Assembly: GCA_000934665.2 (NCBI GenBank)
Contig: JYFJ02003626.1
Coordinates: 1-39,448 of the forward strand
From: Catajapyx aquilonaris
Taxonomy: Eukaryota
Direction of reading: 5' to 3'
Length of the DNA stretch: 39,448 nt
The position numbers were made by a program, and so were the translations under genes. This document shows positions 15,043 through 27,935 of the stretch, piece by piece (the first letter of the stretch is position 1; each line of letters opens with the position of its first letter). Under the pieces are notes generated by a model, which was given only the letters and a program-made list of their open reading frames with translations, was not told the DNA's origin and did no database searches.

Positions 15043-18000
15043 TCTCCTCACCATATGCAAGACTTCCATATTGGCCAGTGTAATTATCAGCATCCGACAA
15101 AGTGCATGTGGACCTTGGAACTGAAAGATCTTCAGCAAAACTGACGGCTTTAATATCTTTAGTCCACGTTTTTATTTTTTCTTCGGGATTGATGCTACCT
15201 TGACCCTCTGTATATTGTAATGTGCATTATTGAAGTATAATTACATTGTCGTAAGATCATGTTTGTAACACTTAATATATTTTAAAACTTACTTGTAATG
15301 AGCTCAAATAAGAGATTATGTAAGTAGCGGTTAAGTAGGATTGCTTTGCCTAGACCTGGCCCATTTGTCAGGGTGACTATCCCTAGTTTCAGTTGAGGAA
15401 ATAAGCTCATTTGGCTACAATATTGATTCCAATATCCATTATGAGTTTTTTCTGTGAAATCTGTAAAAGATACGTGTTGTCAGATTCTCTACGTTGTCTT
15501 ACCCAATCAAATTCTTATACTGTTTGTCATTCCGGTACTGAAACCAAGCCCGTATCCGTAATAAAATTCTTGTAATGATTTGTCTGGTATTTTCATGTGC
15601 ACGTCCAGTCCAATGACTGGTTTGTACAGTTCAGACAGAACAGTTTTGTCCACCAATCCTTGTCCTTCTTCCAAGTGAAATTGCATCCATTTTATCATGT
15701 CTGAAGAGGTGGAAACTATTCCTCCTGCTGGATAGTCCGGGATGCCTCTCCTGAACGGAAATGTTAGTTTCAGGCAAAGGAGGATTGCACCTGTCTTTAC
15801 ATGATTTCAAAAACTATATTATATAATCTTACAAGTTCAGGTTCACGTCCACCGGCGTTAATGAACCGTTTAAAGAGAAGTAGGGAGTAGCGGCAGTCAA
15901 ATTATCAAACTTTTCCACCATGTCCTCCATCAGCATGCTTTCCGTCATGTTCAAGGGATTTAGCAGCTCTTGTTTTATCTGTTCAGATAGCATTAATTTT
16001 TTACACATTCCTTGAGTTGATATAAACTATTTTAGTAGTTGAACATGTTCACTTACTAGTTCTTCCCACTTCTGTCCGGTGATTTGCTCCAGCACCCAAC
16101 CTGCCAAAGCGTACATTGCATTGTTGTACAAGTATTTGCTTCTGAAAGAGCACGCTTCCAGAAGATACCTCATTCGCCTGGGACGAAGAAGATATGAAAG
16201 AAAAGACACACAAATTAGTTATCTTAAGTCTTATTAAAATATGGGTTTGTGAAGCGAATGATCATACCACACGTGTTCGTCCCTGTCCAGATTATACCCA
16301 GTTAAAAGATTCCAGTCGTTGCTGTTTAGGCAGGTTCTGTGACTTAGTAAATCTTTCATAGACATGTATTCCGAGCGAAATCTGAAAGGGGACGTAAAGT
16401 GGCATCAAATAGTATTATTTATTTATATTAATACGTGATTACATCGACCGACATATTACTTACCTGTCAGACATGTAAAATGTATTGCTCTTCGGCAGAA
16501 GTTTGACAATTGGATCGTCCAAGGACATATTTCTTTGATGAAATATTTTTACTGCCATCGTGGCAGTGAATGCCTGCAATTAGATTCCTAATTGTTAGGA
16601 CTGGACGGATAAAAGAAAAAAAGCAGATAATTTTATTTTGTTGCATAGTTAATTCACTGTCACAATCTGGTGATTATTTGAGCTTGTTAACCCTTTGCTG
16701 CCTACGGCCATCATATGATGTCCGGAGATTTGCCCTGCCAACTTGGGTCATTTTTCAACGCAAAAAATTTCAACCTCACCGATTTTCTTGAAATTCAGTG
16801 CATTGGTAGCCCACCCCAAGGGATGAAAAACGCACCTATAGTGACCTGATCAAAATGACCTCGTGACCCAATTTTGAGGGGGGCAGAGGTCAAATCATAA
16901 AATTCCGACCTCGCCAATTTTCTCAAATTCGGTCCATTGGTAGCCCACCCCAAGGGATGAAAAACGCACCTATAGTGACCTGATGAAAGTGACCCTGTGA
17001 CCCAATTTTGAGTGGGGCAGAGGTCAAATCATAAAATTCCCACCTCGCCGATTATCTTCAAATTCGGTGTATTAGTAGCCCACACCAAGGGATGACAAAC
17101 CCACATATAGTTCCCTGCTCGACATGACCCTGTGACCGATATTGGAGGGGACCTATGTCAATGCGCCGAATTTCAAGAAAATTTGTGACTGGCACTTGCA
17201 AAGTCTCCCTTGTGATTCACTAAGGCGGGTAGTACGTGTACGCAAAAAATGTAAGTGTGTATAACCTTGGTATAACCCCCGAATTTCAAGAAAATCGGTG
17301 AGGTTGGAATTTGACCTCTGCCCTCATCAGAATTGGGTCACGAGGTCATTTTGATCAGGTAACTATAGGTGCATTTTTCATCCCTTGGGGTGGGCTACCA
17401 AATGCACCGAATCTCAAGAAAATCAGTGAGGTCGATATTTTATGATTTGACCTCTGCCCCCCTCAAAATAGGGTCACGAGGTCATTTTGACCAGGTAACT
17501 ATATGTGCGTTTTTCATCCCTTGGGGTGGGCTACCAATGCACCGAATTTGAAGAAAATCCGGTGAGGTCGAAATTTGACCTCTGCCCCCCTCAAAATTGG
17601 GTCACGAGGTCATTTTGATCAGGTAACTATAGGTGCGTTTTTCATCCCTTGGGGTGGGCTACCAATGCACCGAATTTCAAGAAAATCGGCGAGGTCATAA
17701 AATTTCCGGAAAAGGGGGAAAAAAACTCCGTCATCAAAGGGTTAATATAGATTAAGTATTGTTTTTTTCCTGAAATATTACTTTCGCTCTTCTTGCTGTT
17801 AGTAAACAACATAATAAATCCCATTTTCTATTGTTTTATATCTGAAAATATGTGCCTTACACATCCTGTGAACGTCGCGTGTGGATAAAATAATGTAATA
17901 ATATTGCAAGGTAGTTGCGTCTCAACAGCATCACGGTTCACTATAATGTATTAATTCATGCATCTTATTAATCCATTCTTGCCCTAAACATATCAATACT

Positions 18001-18411
18001 ATGCTCGTCTACACTAATTGTAAGTGATACTCAGTCTCTGTACATAAAAATGCTGATAACCAATTTTACAAGCCATTTGTTAACAATAATATCATATTAA
18101 GGACGGTATCCTCAAGTATGCTCGAGTATATATTCTTCTACGTTCACCTTAGTTAATGATCCTATTCCAAATAGAGTATTTTCATCAGCAACGTCCTTCT
18201 TCTCGAGGTTCCGATAACCATAACCAGTGTTTCTTTCGATGGTTCCGTTCAGTACGATTCCCAAGGAGAGGCCAGGAACATCGAACTCATGCATAAGCAA
18301 CTTGGCGTATGTGTCCACTATTCCCCATATGTCCGGTTCTTGTCCATTCACGACGACAGGAAGCAGGAAAATTGCTGCCCACCATAATGGGATCAACCGC
18401 TTCACCTTCAT
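14643..18411 (-). CDS. Beta-lactamase-family secreted serine hydrolase, copy D, ~537 aa
   Basis: Exons 18411-18148, 16573-16464, 16381-16268, 16177-16057, 15978-15833, 15750-15521, 15460-15293, 15207-15052, 14947-14643 (1614 nt). Motifs SLTK, LLSH, YNN, HNG. Confidence 0.9.
14974..15041. repeat. (AAT)n microsatellite in intron 8 of copy D
   Basis: About 22 perfect AAT units. Confidence 0.95.
16691..17741. mobile_element. piggyBac-like non-autonomous element with internal inverted arrays of ~134-bp repeats, in intron 1 of copy D
   Basis: TTAA|CCCTTTG ... CAAAGGG|TTAA. About three units (CATTGGTAGCCCACCCCAAGGGATGAAAA... at ~16801, 16935, 17070) and about three reverse-complement units at 17277-17700. 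The flanks are nearly contiguous in the paralogous intron of copy B (~5920-6030). Confidence 0.85.
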
Positions 18412-19160
18412 CCTGTCGCATTAAAACACATTCAGTTTTCGTACAGTACACAGGGTGTTCCTAGAATTCCAGTGTTAATACTCGTAAGTTTCTGTCCAGT
18501 GCTAGTTACTGATAACTTTGCAATACCAGTGTCAGCAACTACTGATGCCCATAATAACCCATGAAAATGCTTGTGAGAGAATCTGACTGACAGTATAGCA
18601 GAGACGGAAAAAAATTATCCCCAATAATTAAGGACCGTAATTAATGAAATAAAATTGATGAATAAGACCTGTTTGATTCCCCCCTCCTAAATTGTGCCTT
18701 GGTCCGTGAGGAAAGCCACATACGTATTATACCTTGTATTATATACACAAACTCCTCGACCGTGAAAGTCACCTTCAGTTGGAGAGAGTCACGCACTTGA
18801 CTCACCAAATTATTATTGCCAATAAAATATTCTGAACATTTACCCTGGTCACCTTCGCTGATACGTAATATTCTATAGTTTGTATGGGCTCCCTGGCACT
18901 GACACTCACCGTGTTGTCAAATGTGTTCGAGTAGATCGGATATTATGAGGTGAAATGTTTTTCTCCCCACCGACGATGTGTCTTCCTGATGATGTTATAT
19001 GTATAGGGATTCATCAATCTCCTGACATTGGAGCTATTCCTGCTGCGTTCCGGGCTGACAATCACACGTGCAAGTGGGGAGAGGTTTAGCTGCTTACACA
19101 TTGTTATATGCAAGTGATGATTGAATATATATGGCAAGGGGAACAATACAGATCTAAATT

Positions 19161-19184
19161 ACAACAACAACAACAACAACAACA
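19161..19184. repeat. (CAA)n microsatellite
   Basis: About 8 ACA/CAA units. Confidence 0.85.
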
Positions 19185-20378
19185 TCACGACATTTCCCTA
19201 TGAGGGGTAGTCAGCGATGAAGGGAGATGCAAGCTAACCCAACATATGAACTAATAAAACACATGAGAAAGAACCTAAAAACAACCTGTCCCACCCCCCA
19301 CCCCTGCCCACCTCAGACATCACCTTATCCTCAGACGTATTTACCTATTTACCTAAATTATTAAATATAATTAAATTATATTAAATTATATTAAATTAGA
19401 TCTAAATTACAATATACAATATTCCATGCATAGACCTCCTACATATTTATGTACTCGAGAGAAGCATACGTGTTATTGTACTATGATCGTACGTGCAGTA
19501 GTTTAGTATTTGGACAGTATTCTTTCAACTTACAACGATTCTCAGGCTAAAACATTTTCTCGTCCTTGTCATGTTCGTTGACGTTATTGTAGATATTTCT
19601 CAATGGCTAATATTTGCTCATGAAGCTTTCAATTATGGGCGTCTCTGTTGGTCTCTGGTTGAATCTATGAATTGCAGACTCGGATATCCCCTTTCATGTT
19701 GAGCACATGCCCAGTTTGTCATGACAGCACTCGTGACGCTCGTTGGGTTATACGTTGTGTAGTACAACGTTCTATCACAATAATTGTCGCGGTCGATATG
19801 AGCTCATGACGTCATGTCATGATCCCAGAAATGAGATCATATTGTATTTTACAATGGGAAAGATTCCTACAACAATTTTGCAGGCCCCATATTTTTATTG
19901 TCTGTAATTTACACCACTGACACCCTCTTAGTGTAATAAACAACCGTATCACTTTCAACCTTTTGAAGGGCATATTGACATAGATTACAGGATGTGTAAG
20001 TAGATATGCAGAGAGAAAGATTAGCGTATAATTTTAGAGGAGTCTGCTTAATTAGGTTAAGATAAGTCGCAAAAATACAGGACACTTCAATCATTGTGTT
20101 TGACATTATAACCTGCCCAAACTAAGTACATAAGAAAAATATATATATACTCTTCGGCTGCCTTTGTTGATGCCATGCAAATATGTAATCTGGGGTAAAG
20201 TACCATGCTCCCAACACCTGTTAGCATTAACTCTTTCTTTATTTGAGAGACATATCAGTGAAGATACCACGGTGGCACATGACACGCCACACATGTTTAT
20301 TGTACAAAAATGCACCTGTATGTGTAGAGTACTCTGCTGAAATATCTAGCTATCCATAATATTGCTGACGCATAAATA

Positions 20379-23010
20379 TTATCTGCAGCTGTTATCATCC
20401 CAGAGCTTGAGAGGAGCATCAGACAAGAGAAGACCTCTCTCAAACAGCATGCTCTCAGCAGGTGACGACAGCTCTATAAAGCGACGCGTGTCATCGTTTC
20501 CATTCGAGCCTGTGAAATTTGCCATCATCCATTGGTGCATGGATTCAGAGGAGACAGTGCTGTTCTCCATATTAACAAGGAAAATGTCGGTCAGATTTGT
20601 GGGCATCAGCTGAGCCTCCAAGTAGCCGCTCTTCAGGAGGAGAGTGCTTTGAGGACCTTTTGCTACGGTCACATTTCCTGCAAAAAAGGGGATGCAATTA
20701 ACCCGAAAGGATAAATTTTCAATCAGAATTTTTGTGGAATCATACCAAATGAAGCGTTGCCGTATTGACCAATGTAGTTCTTGGGACTGAACGAAACCGT
20801 GGTGTCAAGCAAAGGAGCAGATTTCATCATGACAGATTTGAACATGAATTCAATGTCCAGTGTGGAGTTTGCGAAACTTTTGACGTCCAAGTTTTTCTTT
20901 TCTGTAATGAGCATGTACAGATTATTGCCTTTCTACCGCTCAGTTAAATACAAACAACTCACGCGTGATCAAGGAGAATATTAAGTCGTGCACAATAGCA
21001 TTGAGCATTGACGATTCTTTCATGCTTGGCCCGTTTGTGACACTAAATATTCCCAGCTGAATATCCGGAAATAAGCTCATTTGGCTTGAATGCTTCGTCC
21101 AATACCCAGTGTGCATAAATCTGGTGTAATCTGAATAATAAATCACGTATTATTGAAGTAAATGTTTTCGTGAATTCAATCAATGGCGGCTTACTGTTGG
21201 TCATTCCAATTCCAAAGCCTAGTCCGTATCCAAAATAAAATTCCATCAAGGTTGGATCATACAGTCCCCTCACAGACAAGGGAATGGCTGGATCAAACAG
21301 CTGGGCCACTATCATGGGATTAAATGCTCCTTGTCCACATTCCAGAAGAAACTGCATCCATTTGGTCATGTCTGCAGCGCTAGATGCCAAGCCACCGCCA
21401 GGATTTGATGCCTTAAATCGACTAACAGAGAAGCATACTGTTATCATCAACATATTTCGCAAAATTCATTCTTGAAGCAAATTGTCCAAATCAGCCAGTT
21501 ACTGTCCTCCATGATTCACATTAGCAGGGGGAGCCAATATTATATTTAAAATTTCAAGTTTTTAACATCTTATTACGAAACAACTTTTTAGCATTAAACA
21601 TTCATTAGCGTACGTAACTTACCTCATAAGTTTGATCTCCACAGGCTGAAGAGTGGTGTCGTTGTGAAAGTAAGGTGTTGCAGCATTACGAGTGTCAAAA
21701 TTTTCCACCATCTCATCCAGTATCACGCTGGACGTCATATTAAGGGGTGTCAATATTTGTACCTTAACCTAAAGTAAAAGACAGATATGTTGCACAATGC
21801 ACTACAACTGCATGTACAGCGCAGCAGTGATGTACGACCGTCACATTAATCTCTTACCAGTTGCTCCCAAGATGTTCCAGTAATTTTTTCCAAAACCCAT
21901 CCGGCGAATGTGTACAAGTGGCTGTTGGGTACAAACCTTGTCCTAAAAGGACATACTTCAGGCAGATACCGCATTCTCCTGAGAAACGAACGACTATGAG
22001 TGTCAACCCTTGTCTTCTTTGTCAAACTAAACAGACTGCTACTGACCGCACAGTTTCATCACGACTCTCTTCAGTGCCAGTCAGATAAACTAGTTTTGAT
22101 TCTTGGATGCAGGTTCGGTCGCTCAGAAGGTCTCTCATTGACAGGGCTTCGGTTCGATACCTAAATGAATGGTGTAGATGTTCCGTAAAATTATTTTTTA
22201 TAATTACTGTATTTATTGTAATTCACGACTAAGCTAGAATGAACAGAAGTAGCTTTCATTTTTTAATTAATGTCATTGCATGACCATAATGCGTCGACGA
22301 TGCACGCGCTTCTGTAACGCTATACGGTAATTATTATGGATGAATTTTTAATTCATATTTTTACAGCTTGGTAAATGTGACGCCACCCGGGTCTCAGAAC
22401 GGTTTCGTCTTATATGCTTTGACTCTCGATCGTTTTTTTAACTTTCGACTAATATAACGGGCAGCACGTTTTGCATACGTGAAAACGTGCCTATTTTACC
22501 TCTATTTTGAAACAATGCAATATTATTGCATGAAATATGCGCAACGCTGTTGTAACTTGGCTTACCTGTCTGAAAAGTAGAAGCTTCCATTCCCAAGAAT
22601 GTTCACCAGTGGCTCATCCAACGACAGTTGTCGCTCACTAAAAATTTTAACCGCCAAGAACGCTGTAAACCCCTGTAAATGACAGACACACAAATTTAAA
22701 TTCCATCACTATAATTTTTGGCACCGTAATAAAACGGATTGCACTTTGTTTTTACCTTGGTCATGGATCCAATGCTGAAAATGGTGTCAGATGACACGTT
22801 CTGCTTCTTTTCCAGGTTGCGGAGTCCATATCCTTGCAGCTTCTGGACAGTTCCGTTTTGTACGACGGAGACGGACATTCCTGGGACATCCATTGCTTGC
22901 ATAAGGAGGTTGACGGCATCGTCGAGACTTTGCCAGACCTTGTCATCCTGGCCGCAAATTCCGGTTATGGACAGCAAAGCCGTCGCAAAAAGTATGAGAT
23001 TTAATCTCAT
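20379..23010 (-). CDS. Divergent beta-lactamase-family secreted protein, copy E, ~530 aa; YxN motif replaced (possible pseudoenzyme)
   Basis: Exons 23010-22756, 22672-22566, 22160-22047, 21978-21858, 21768-21623, 21421-21195, 21130-20963, 20901-20746, 20677-20379 (1593 nt), same intron phases as B-D. Motifs SMTK, LLSD, FVPNS in place of FLYNN, HTG. Confidence 0.88.
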
Positions 23011-24063
23011 CTTTGGGGTTCCTCTGATGGAAACACTGACAAGTTCTCGCTTGTGTGATCAGTATTCAAGCTGTGTGTGACAACTACTGTAGTGCAAGTG
23101 AGTAGTCTAGTATTTATCACCACCAGAACAATATGGGAGTTGGCATTGGCTTGTCACTCGCATAAATCAGGGCAGGTGACCTTTCCACGTTGCAGAGGAC
23201 TGATGAGACGGTCGGAAAAGCGTTCAACCCGGATGCTGCATTTGGTACGTGCTGAAGTTCACGTTCTCACGAGTCATTTACTCGGCAACACATACCCTAA
23301 TTAGTAGTACTTGTGCAAAAAAAATGATTGTAATACGTATCTAGGGAACTGCCTGAACTGCAACACAAAATTTTAATAATGAAAGTTTCCGTTTGATTTT
23401 CATGCACTAACAATGCAGATTTAGTATTTTAGATGCTGCAGAGTTAATTACTGTTGATTTTTACATATGTGCTAAAATAAATGCCGGAAGGTGACAATAA
23501 ATTTGGGATCGGTTTTTCCCGCGCGGCTATCATCGAGCGGAAAAATAGCCGGTAAATTCGCAGCAAAGCGTGACATATTTCAAGGTCGCAATAACAATGT
23601 GGGGGATTTGACAGATGCTTCCCACAACAACTACTGTCCCCTGACCTTGCTATTGCAACGTCAACCCCCTAGGTATATCAGGTACAAAACATTTTGGAAA
23701 TGAAAGATATTATTCCCAAGGCTTGCAGATGCGTAAAGCACATGCGTCACGACAATAACAACACGCAATAAGTGTCCTGCTATGACCGCACCTGAATCCA
23801 AGGAATTGGCAAAATGCCTGTTTTGTTCATGTTTTTGTTATGTTACTTGTACTAACGTTGCAATAGGCTATTTTATGGATCTCGAGTGATGTGTAGATAC
23901 TATGACTTGCACTCGATATGTTTTATTTATGTATACCCAACGTCACACCATGTACATTATACTGTATTATAGATGGTTTTATAACACCTCCCTTGTTTTG
24001 TCACATTGTTACAAGCTCTGAAACAGTTGGCACAGATAAAGCGAATCATAGTTGCGAATATAT

Positions 24064-27000
24064 TCAGATAGGATCTGGAAACAGAAAATTTTCCGTGGAC
24101 TGAAGAACCGCGTTCAACATCGTGTAGAGTCCGTAAATGACAGGTGTTGCGATGACACTCTTCACTACCAAGTGAGCCACGAGCAGCCTGAAATATATTG
24201 ACACATTTAGTGGTCTGATTAGTTATTGGCAATGCTATTTGCACGTACACAAAATGTTGAAATCTGTTGTTCTGTATAAAAAAAGTGTTACTTTACCCTG
24301 GGAACAGTGCAATGTTTAAATGAAATGATTCGCAATGCTTACATTTTGTGTCGACGACGCACTGCAGGAAGGTTGTCGAAATTCTCGTTTCTCAGGTACT
24401 TCCTGGAGCCCATCCAACAGTGGTACATTCTCTTCACATGATCCACCTTACGCACGTCGAAATTAAAGCGATCTTGGTCGTCTGGTGTCATCAGTTCCAT
24501 CAGAGACATGACATTTGTGCTCGAAAAGGTCCATTCTCGAATGGAAAAGTAACCGAGAGCTTCCACTGATCTAAACATTCGCTCGTGCAGTTTGACAAAT
24601 CTGAAATCGTATAATCAAGGCGCGATTAAGTTGCTCTCCCGATTTAATCAATCCCTCTTACACACCAGTTAGCATGAAATATACAAGTATTATAAACATA
24701 ATTTTACTATAAATAACTGCAACTTAAAATAATAAGGAAAATAATTGAAAAATTCAATGTTCGCCTCTGCTGAATACTGAAATTTTAATTGGCATTTTGG
24801 AATTGTATTGTCTCTACTCACCCGGATTGTTTCCCTCGCAAGTTGTTGATGGCATCACCCGCTTTTGCCGGGAGGTAGTGAAAGCAGTAGTCAAGAATTT
24901 TGAATATTTCTGGTTCTCTGGTTGTGATGAGTGAAGGGTACCAGACTGCCCCAGGAAGAGGATTCCTGTCGTTACATTCACGTATCCAGTGGCGGTAATC
25001 ACCCCAAGTCATCGGAGCCAGACTGCCACTGGCGTAATTGTACACCTGCATTTCCTTCGGCCTAAAAATTGGGATCAAATATATAAGAAGAGAGCAATCA
25101 AGGAAAATGTGTGTGATTGTGATTGCTGGTTTCTAGAGTACATTTGATAAATATATTATCCCTCTGCCTCTCTCTTAAAGTGCTTTAAGAGGGAGGCAGA
25201 GGGATAATATATAGTCTACTAATATATACTAATATATACTCTAAGGGGTGGTTCACTGCTCAGTGAACCACCCCTTAGAGTACATACATTTTCATTACAC
25301 TCCATGCCACAAAAAATAATGCGAATTAAACATGCAATCTGTCACTGTACCACATATGGGCTGTCTTTTAAGCAGTGGACTGTACATTTTAAATTTAAAC
25401 AGTGTTGCACTCAAAGCTTAAGCAAGGTTTGTTTTCGCTGCCGAAATACAGTATTTCTTGTTGTACAGTACATAATGGAACGATATCTTCTTGACTTACA
25501 TTGGATAACATTACGTCTCTCACACATATGCGAATATATTTTATGAACTACACTCACTTAAAAGTTGCGGTATGCCAGGCAGAGGCTATAATAATATTGG
25601 CAGTCATGTCCACGGGGACAAGGTCAATCATTTTGCTGTCATCCACCAAAATTGCACGCACCAAGCCCTTTGCTGTCATGTAGGAGATGCCTGTAACTCC
25701 GTAGTAGTTGTCACACCATCCAATTATTGGTTCTTGATACGTTGAGCAAACTACAAAAAGAATAAAAATGATTACGTATATTAGGCCCTATAACAGTATT
25801 TTTGTAGCATGATTGGAATGATGGATTGACTGGTAAAAGAACAGCAAACCGGAATTCCAATAGAACCTTTATGAAAGAAGTACGAGTACTGATGTGACAT
25901 ATACAGTACTTGTTTTATGTGCCATCACTCACTCTCTGCTATAGTTTGTGCAGATATAGTGTCTGAGAAAGATGGAATGAGCCTGTACAAAAGCCTGACT
26001 TGATCATAATGACTCTGGTCGTATGTATACTGTTTATCTGGCTCAAACTGCTTCATGTGTTATGCTGTATTATGTCGCATCTCGCATGACTCGTACTTAT
26101 CGAGGGCCGCACAATGGTGACAGGGAGACCCTTCTGGTGCTCTTCCTTCATGGCATTCTCAGCCAGACACTTCACGAATACGTAGGAGTTCGGCTTGCCC
26201 TTCAGAAACCTGCAATTAAGTGATAATCACTCTAAAACAATGGCTGACCATTTACACAGAGCAGAGTCAACTGGATGGACAGGGTCTAACGGTCCACTAC
26301 TTGGTTGTTATTATATACCGTTTTTCCAATCTGTTGAATGTATGTCAGCATGAATTAATTTTGATGGCAGCATATACTGTTGTGGTCTGTGTTGCCAACA
26401 GAATTTCACCATTTTGACTTCTAATACCGTTCACCCAGCTAGCAGTTAGCATACAGGGAGCGCTCGGTATTGATGTTTGATAATTTGATAATGTTAATAA
26501 TAATGGCCCACCCAAAATTCTCGATCACCTGATCTCATGTCAGCACAGATTAAGTCTGTCGGCACCAAAAAAGCAGGTCACAAAAACAGCAGAATTCACC
26601 ATTTTTGCCGTGAAATCGGACAGTTTACAATCGGGGTCGGCTACGCTGTCCTTATCAACCAAAATAATAGTGGACCAGGTCATAAGGCCGGTCCGTTTCC
26701 TATGTCATGTGATCAGTTTGTGTCTGTCGGTTGCCAACAAAGTAGTGGACAGGATATATAGACAAGGTCCGGTTCTTTTGAGGATATGTAAATGGCCTCA
26801 ATGATCGACTCTGCTGCACACTCACTCGGAGGACACTGCTTGGATCATGTCGTCATCCAACAGGTCTAGACACTTGAGGAACTTCCTGGGAGGGATGGAA
26901 GCCTCGTACACTTCTTCCTCTATCACTCGTCTGTCGCAGTTGGAGTATGCGGTGGACACATGGACCAAAGCCTTCCATGCACAAACAATAATAAAATTGA

Positions 27001-27872
27001 TATTTAGTTTTCGTGTCGATAATAATAATCATTGAATGTGTGTGAGTGAGACAAATTAGCTCTTTTCTCCCATTGTTAGGTCGGCCTTTGTGAGCACACG
27101 AATGAGAACACCTTGTTTGTGCCTCGTAAATAAGCATTTATTATGTATACGTATTGTACACCTGGCAGGCAAAAGAATTTTGCAAGCACTGCCGGAGCAT
27201 TATTTTAACTGCCCAAAAACATAAATAAGAACACTCTTAATTTCAGTGTACAGCATTAGGTTATTCTCACCTCTAGTTTTGTCATTTCTTTGCATAAATC
27301 TGCGACGTGAATGGTTCCTTCCAGGTTGGAGCGTGCCATTCGTCTCAAAGTGTCATCGAATCGCACTGATGCAGCGCAGTGGAACACAACCGACACTTGA
27401 TCCGTGACCATCATCTTGTCCTCATGGCCGAGCCCTAACCCTGGAAGCTCAATGTCTCCCTCCAGGACACGGATCTTGGACAAGGCTTCGGGATCGGACT
27501 CTCGCAGCTTGCCAAACAGCTGAAGTCACGAGATTATATATTGACCATGGACGTGAAAACCAAACTCTCATAGATAGGTCACTCCAGTCTCTCTCTGGCC
27601 CACCCATTCAAAGCCATCAACCATGACCTAGCTATTACAATACAGCAAACAACATGCACAATATTTCCGTATACCTTGTCCTGAAGCACGTGCTGGAATC
27701 TGTCTCGTGGACTCTGACCTTTCTTCTCACGCATCAACACGTAAAGTGCATCAATGCGAGTGGCCCGAAGCAACTTTTCAACTAGAACTTTCCCCAAAAA
27801 TCCTGCACCTCCTGTGACGAGGACATGTCGTCCAGAATAGAAGCTGTTCATGTCTGATGGCACCTCGACCAT
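24064..27872 (-). CDS. FAR: Fatty acyl-CoA reductase (NAD_binding_4 plus Sterile/FAR_C domain), copy 1, ~506 aa
   Basis: Exons 27872-27675, 27519-27271, 26971-26826, 26209-26097, 25750-25558, 25061-24822, 24600-24343, 24187-24064 (1521 nt). Motifs TGGAGFLGK, VFHCAASVRFD, HVSTAY, PNSYVFVK (YxxxK), IVRPSI, EPIIGWCDN, VPVD, FNFD; hydrophobic C-terminus. Confidence 0.92.
25152..25282. repeat. Two adjacent hairpin palindromes in FAR1 intron 5
   Basis: 25152-25211: ~29-bp arms, 2-nt loop, 1 mismatch. 25237-25282: perfect 22-bp arms, 2-nt loop. Confidence 0.9.
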
Positions 27873-27924
27873 AGCAGTATGTACCCAAGACTGGAACGCA
27901 CTGTGTGTCGATATAAAGTGCCGG

Positions 27925-27935
27925 ATGAGTCAGCA
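27925..27935 (-). promoter_or_regulatory. Candidate CNC/small-Maf (ARE/NF-E2-type) site upstream of FAR1
   Basis: TGCTGACTCAT on the minus strand, 53-63 nt upstream of the ATG, followed by TTTATAT. Identical at 34281-34291. Confidence 0.35.

Noticed and set aside
16770..17700. Regularly spaced repeats resembling a CRISPR array
   Set aside because: Units repeat in full with no unique spacers, invert midway and lie within a TTAA-flanked element in a eukaryotic intron; no cas genes.
20902..20962. Apparent frameshift or stop between exons 7 and 8 of copy E
   Set aside because: Using the CATTACAG acceptor gives a 61-nt intron and a 156-nt in-frame exon like copy D, so there is no lesion.
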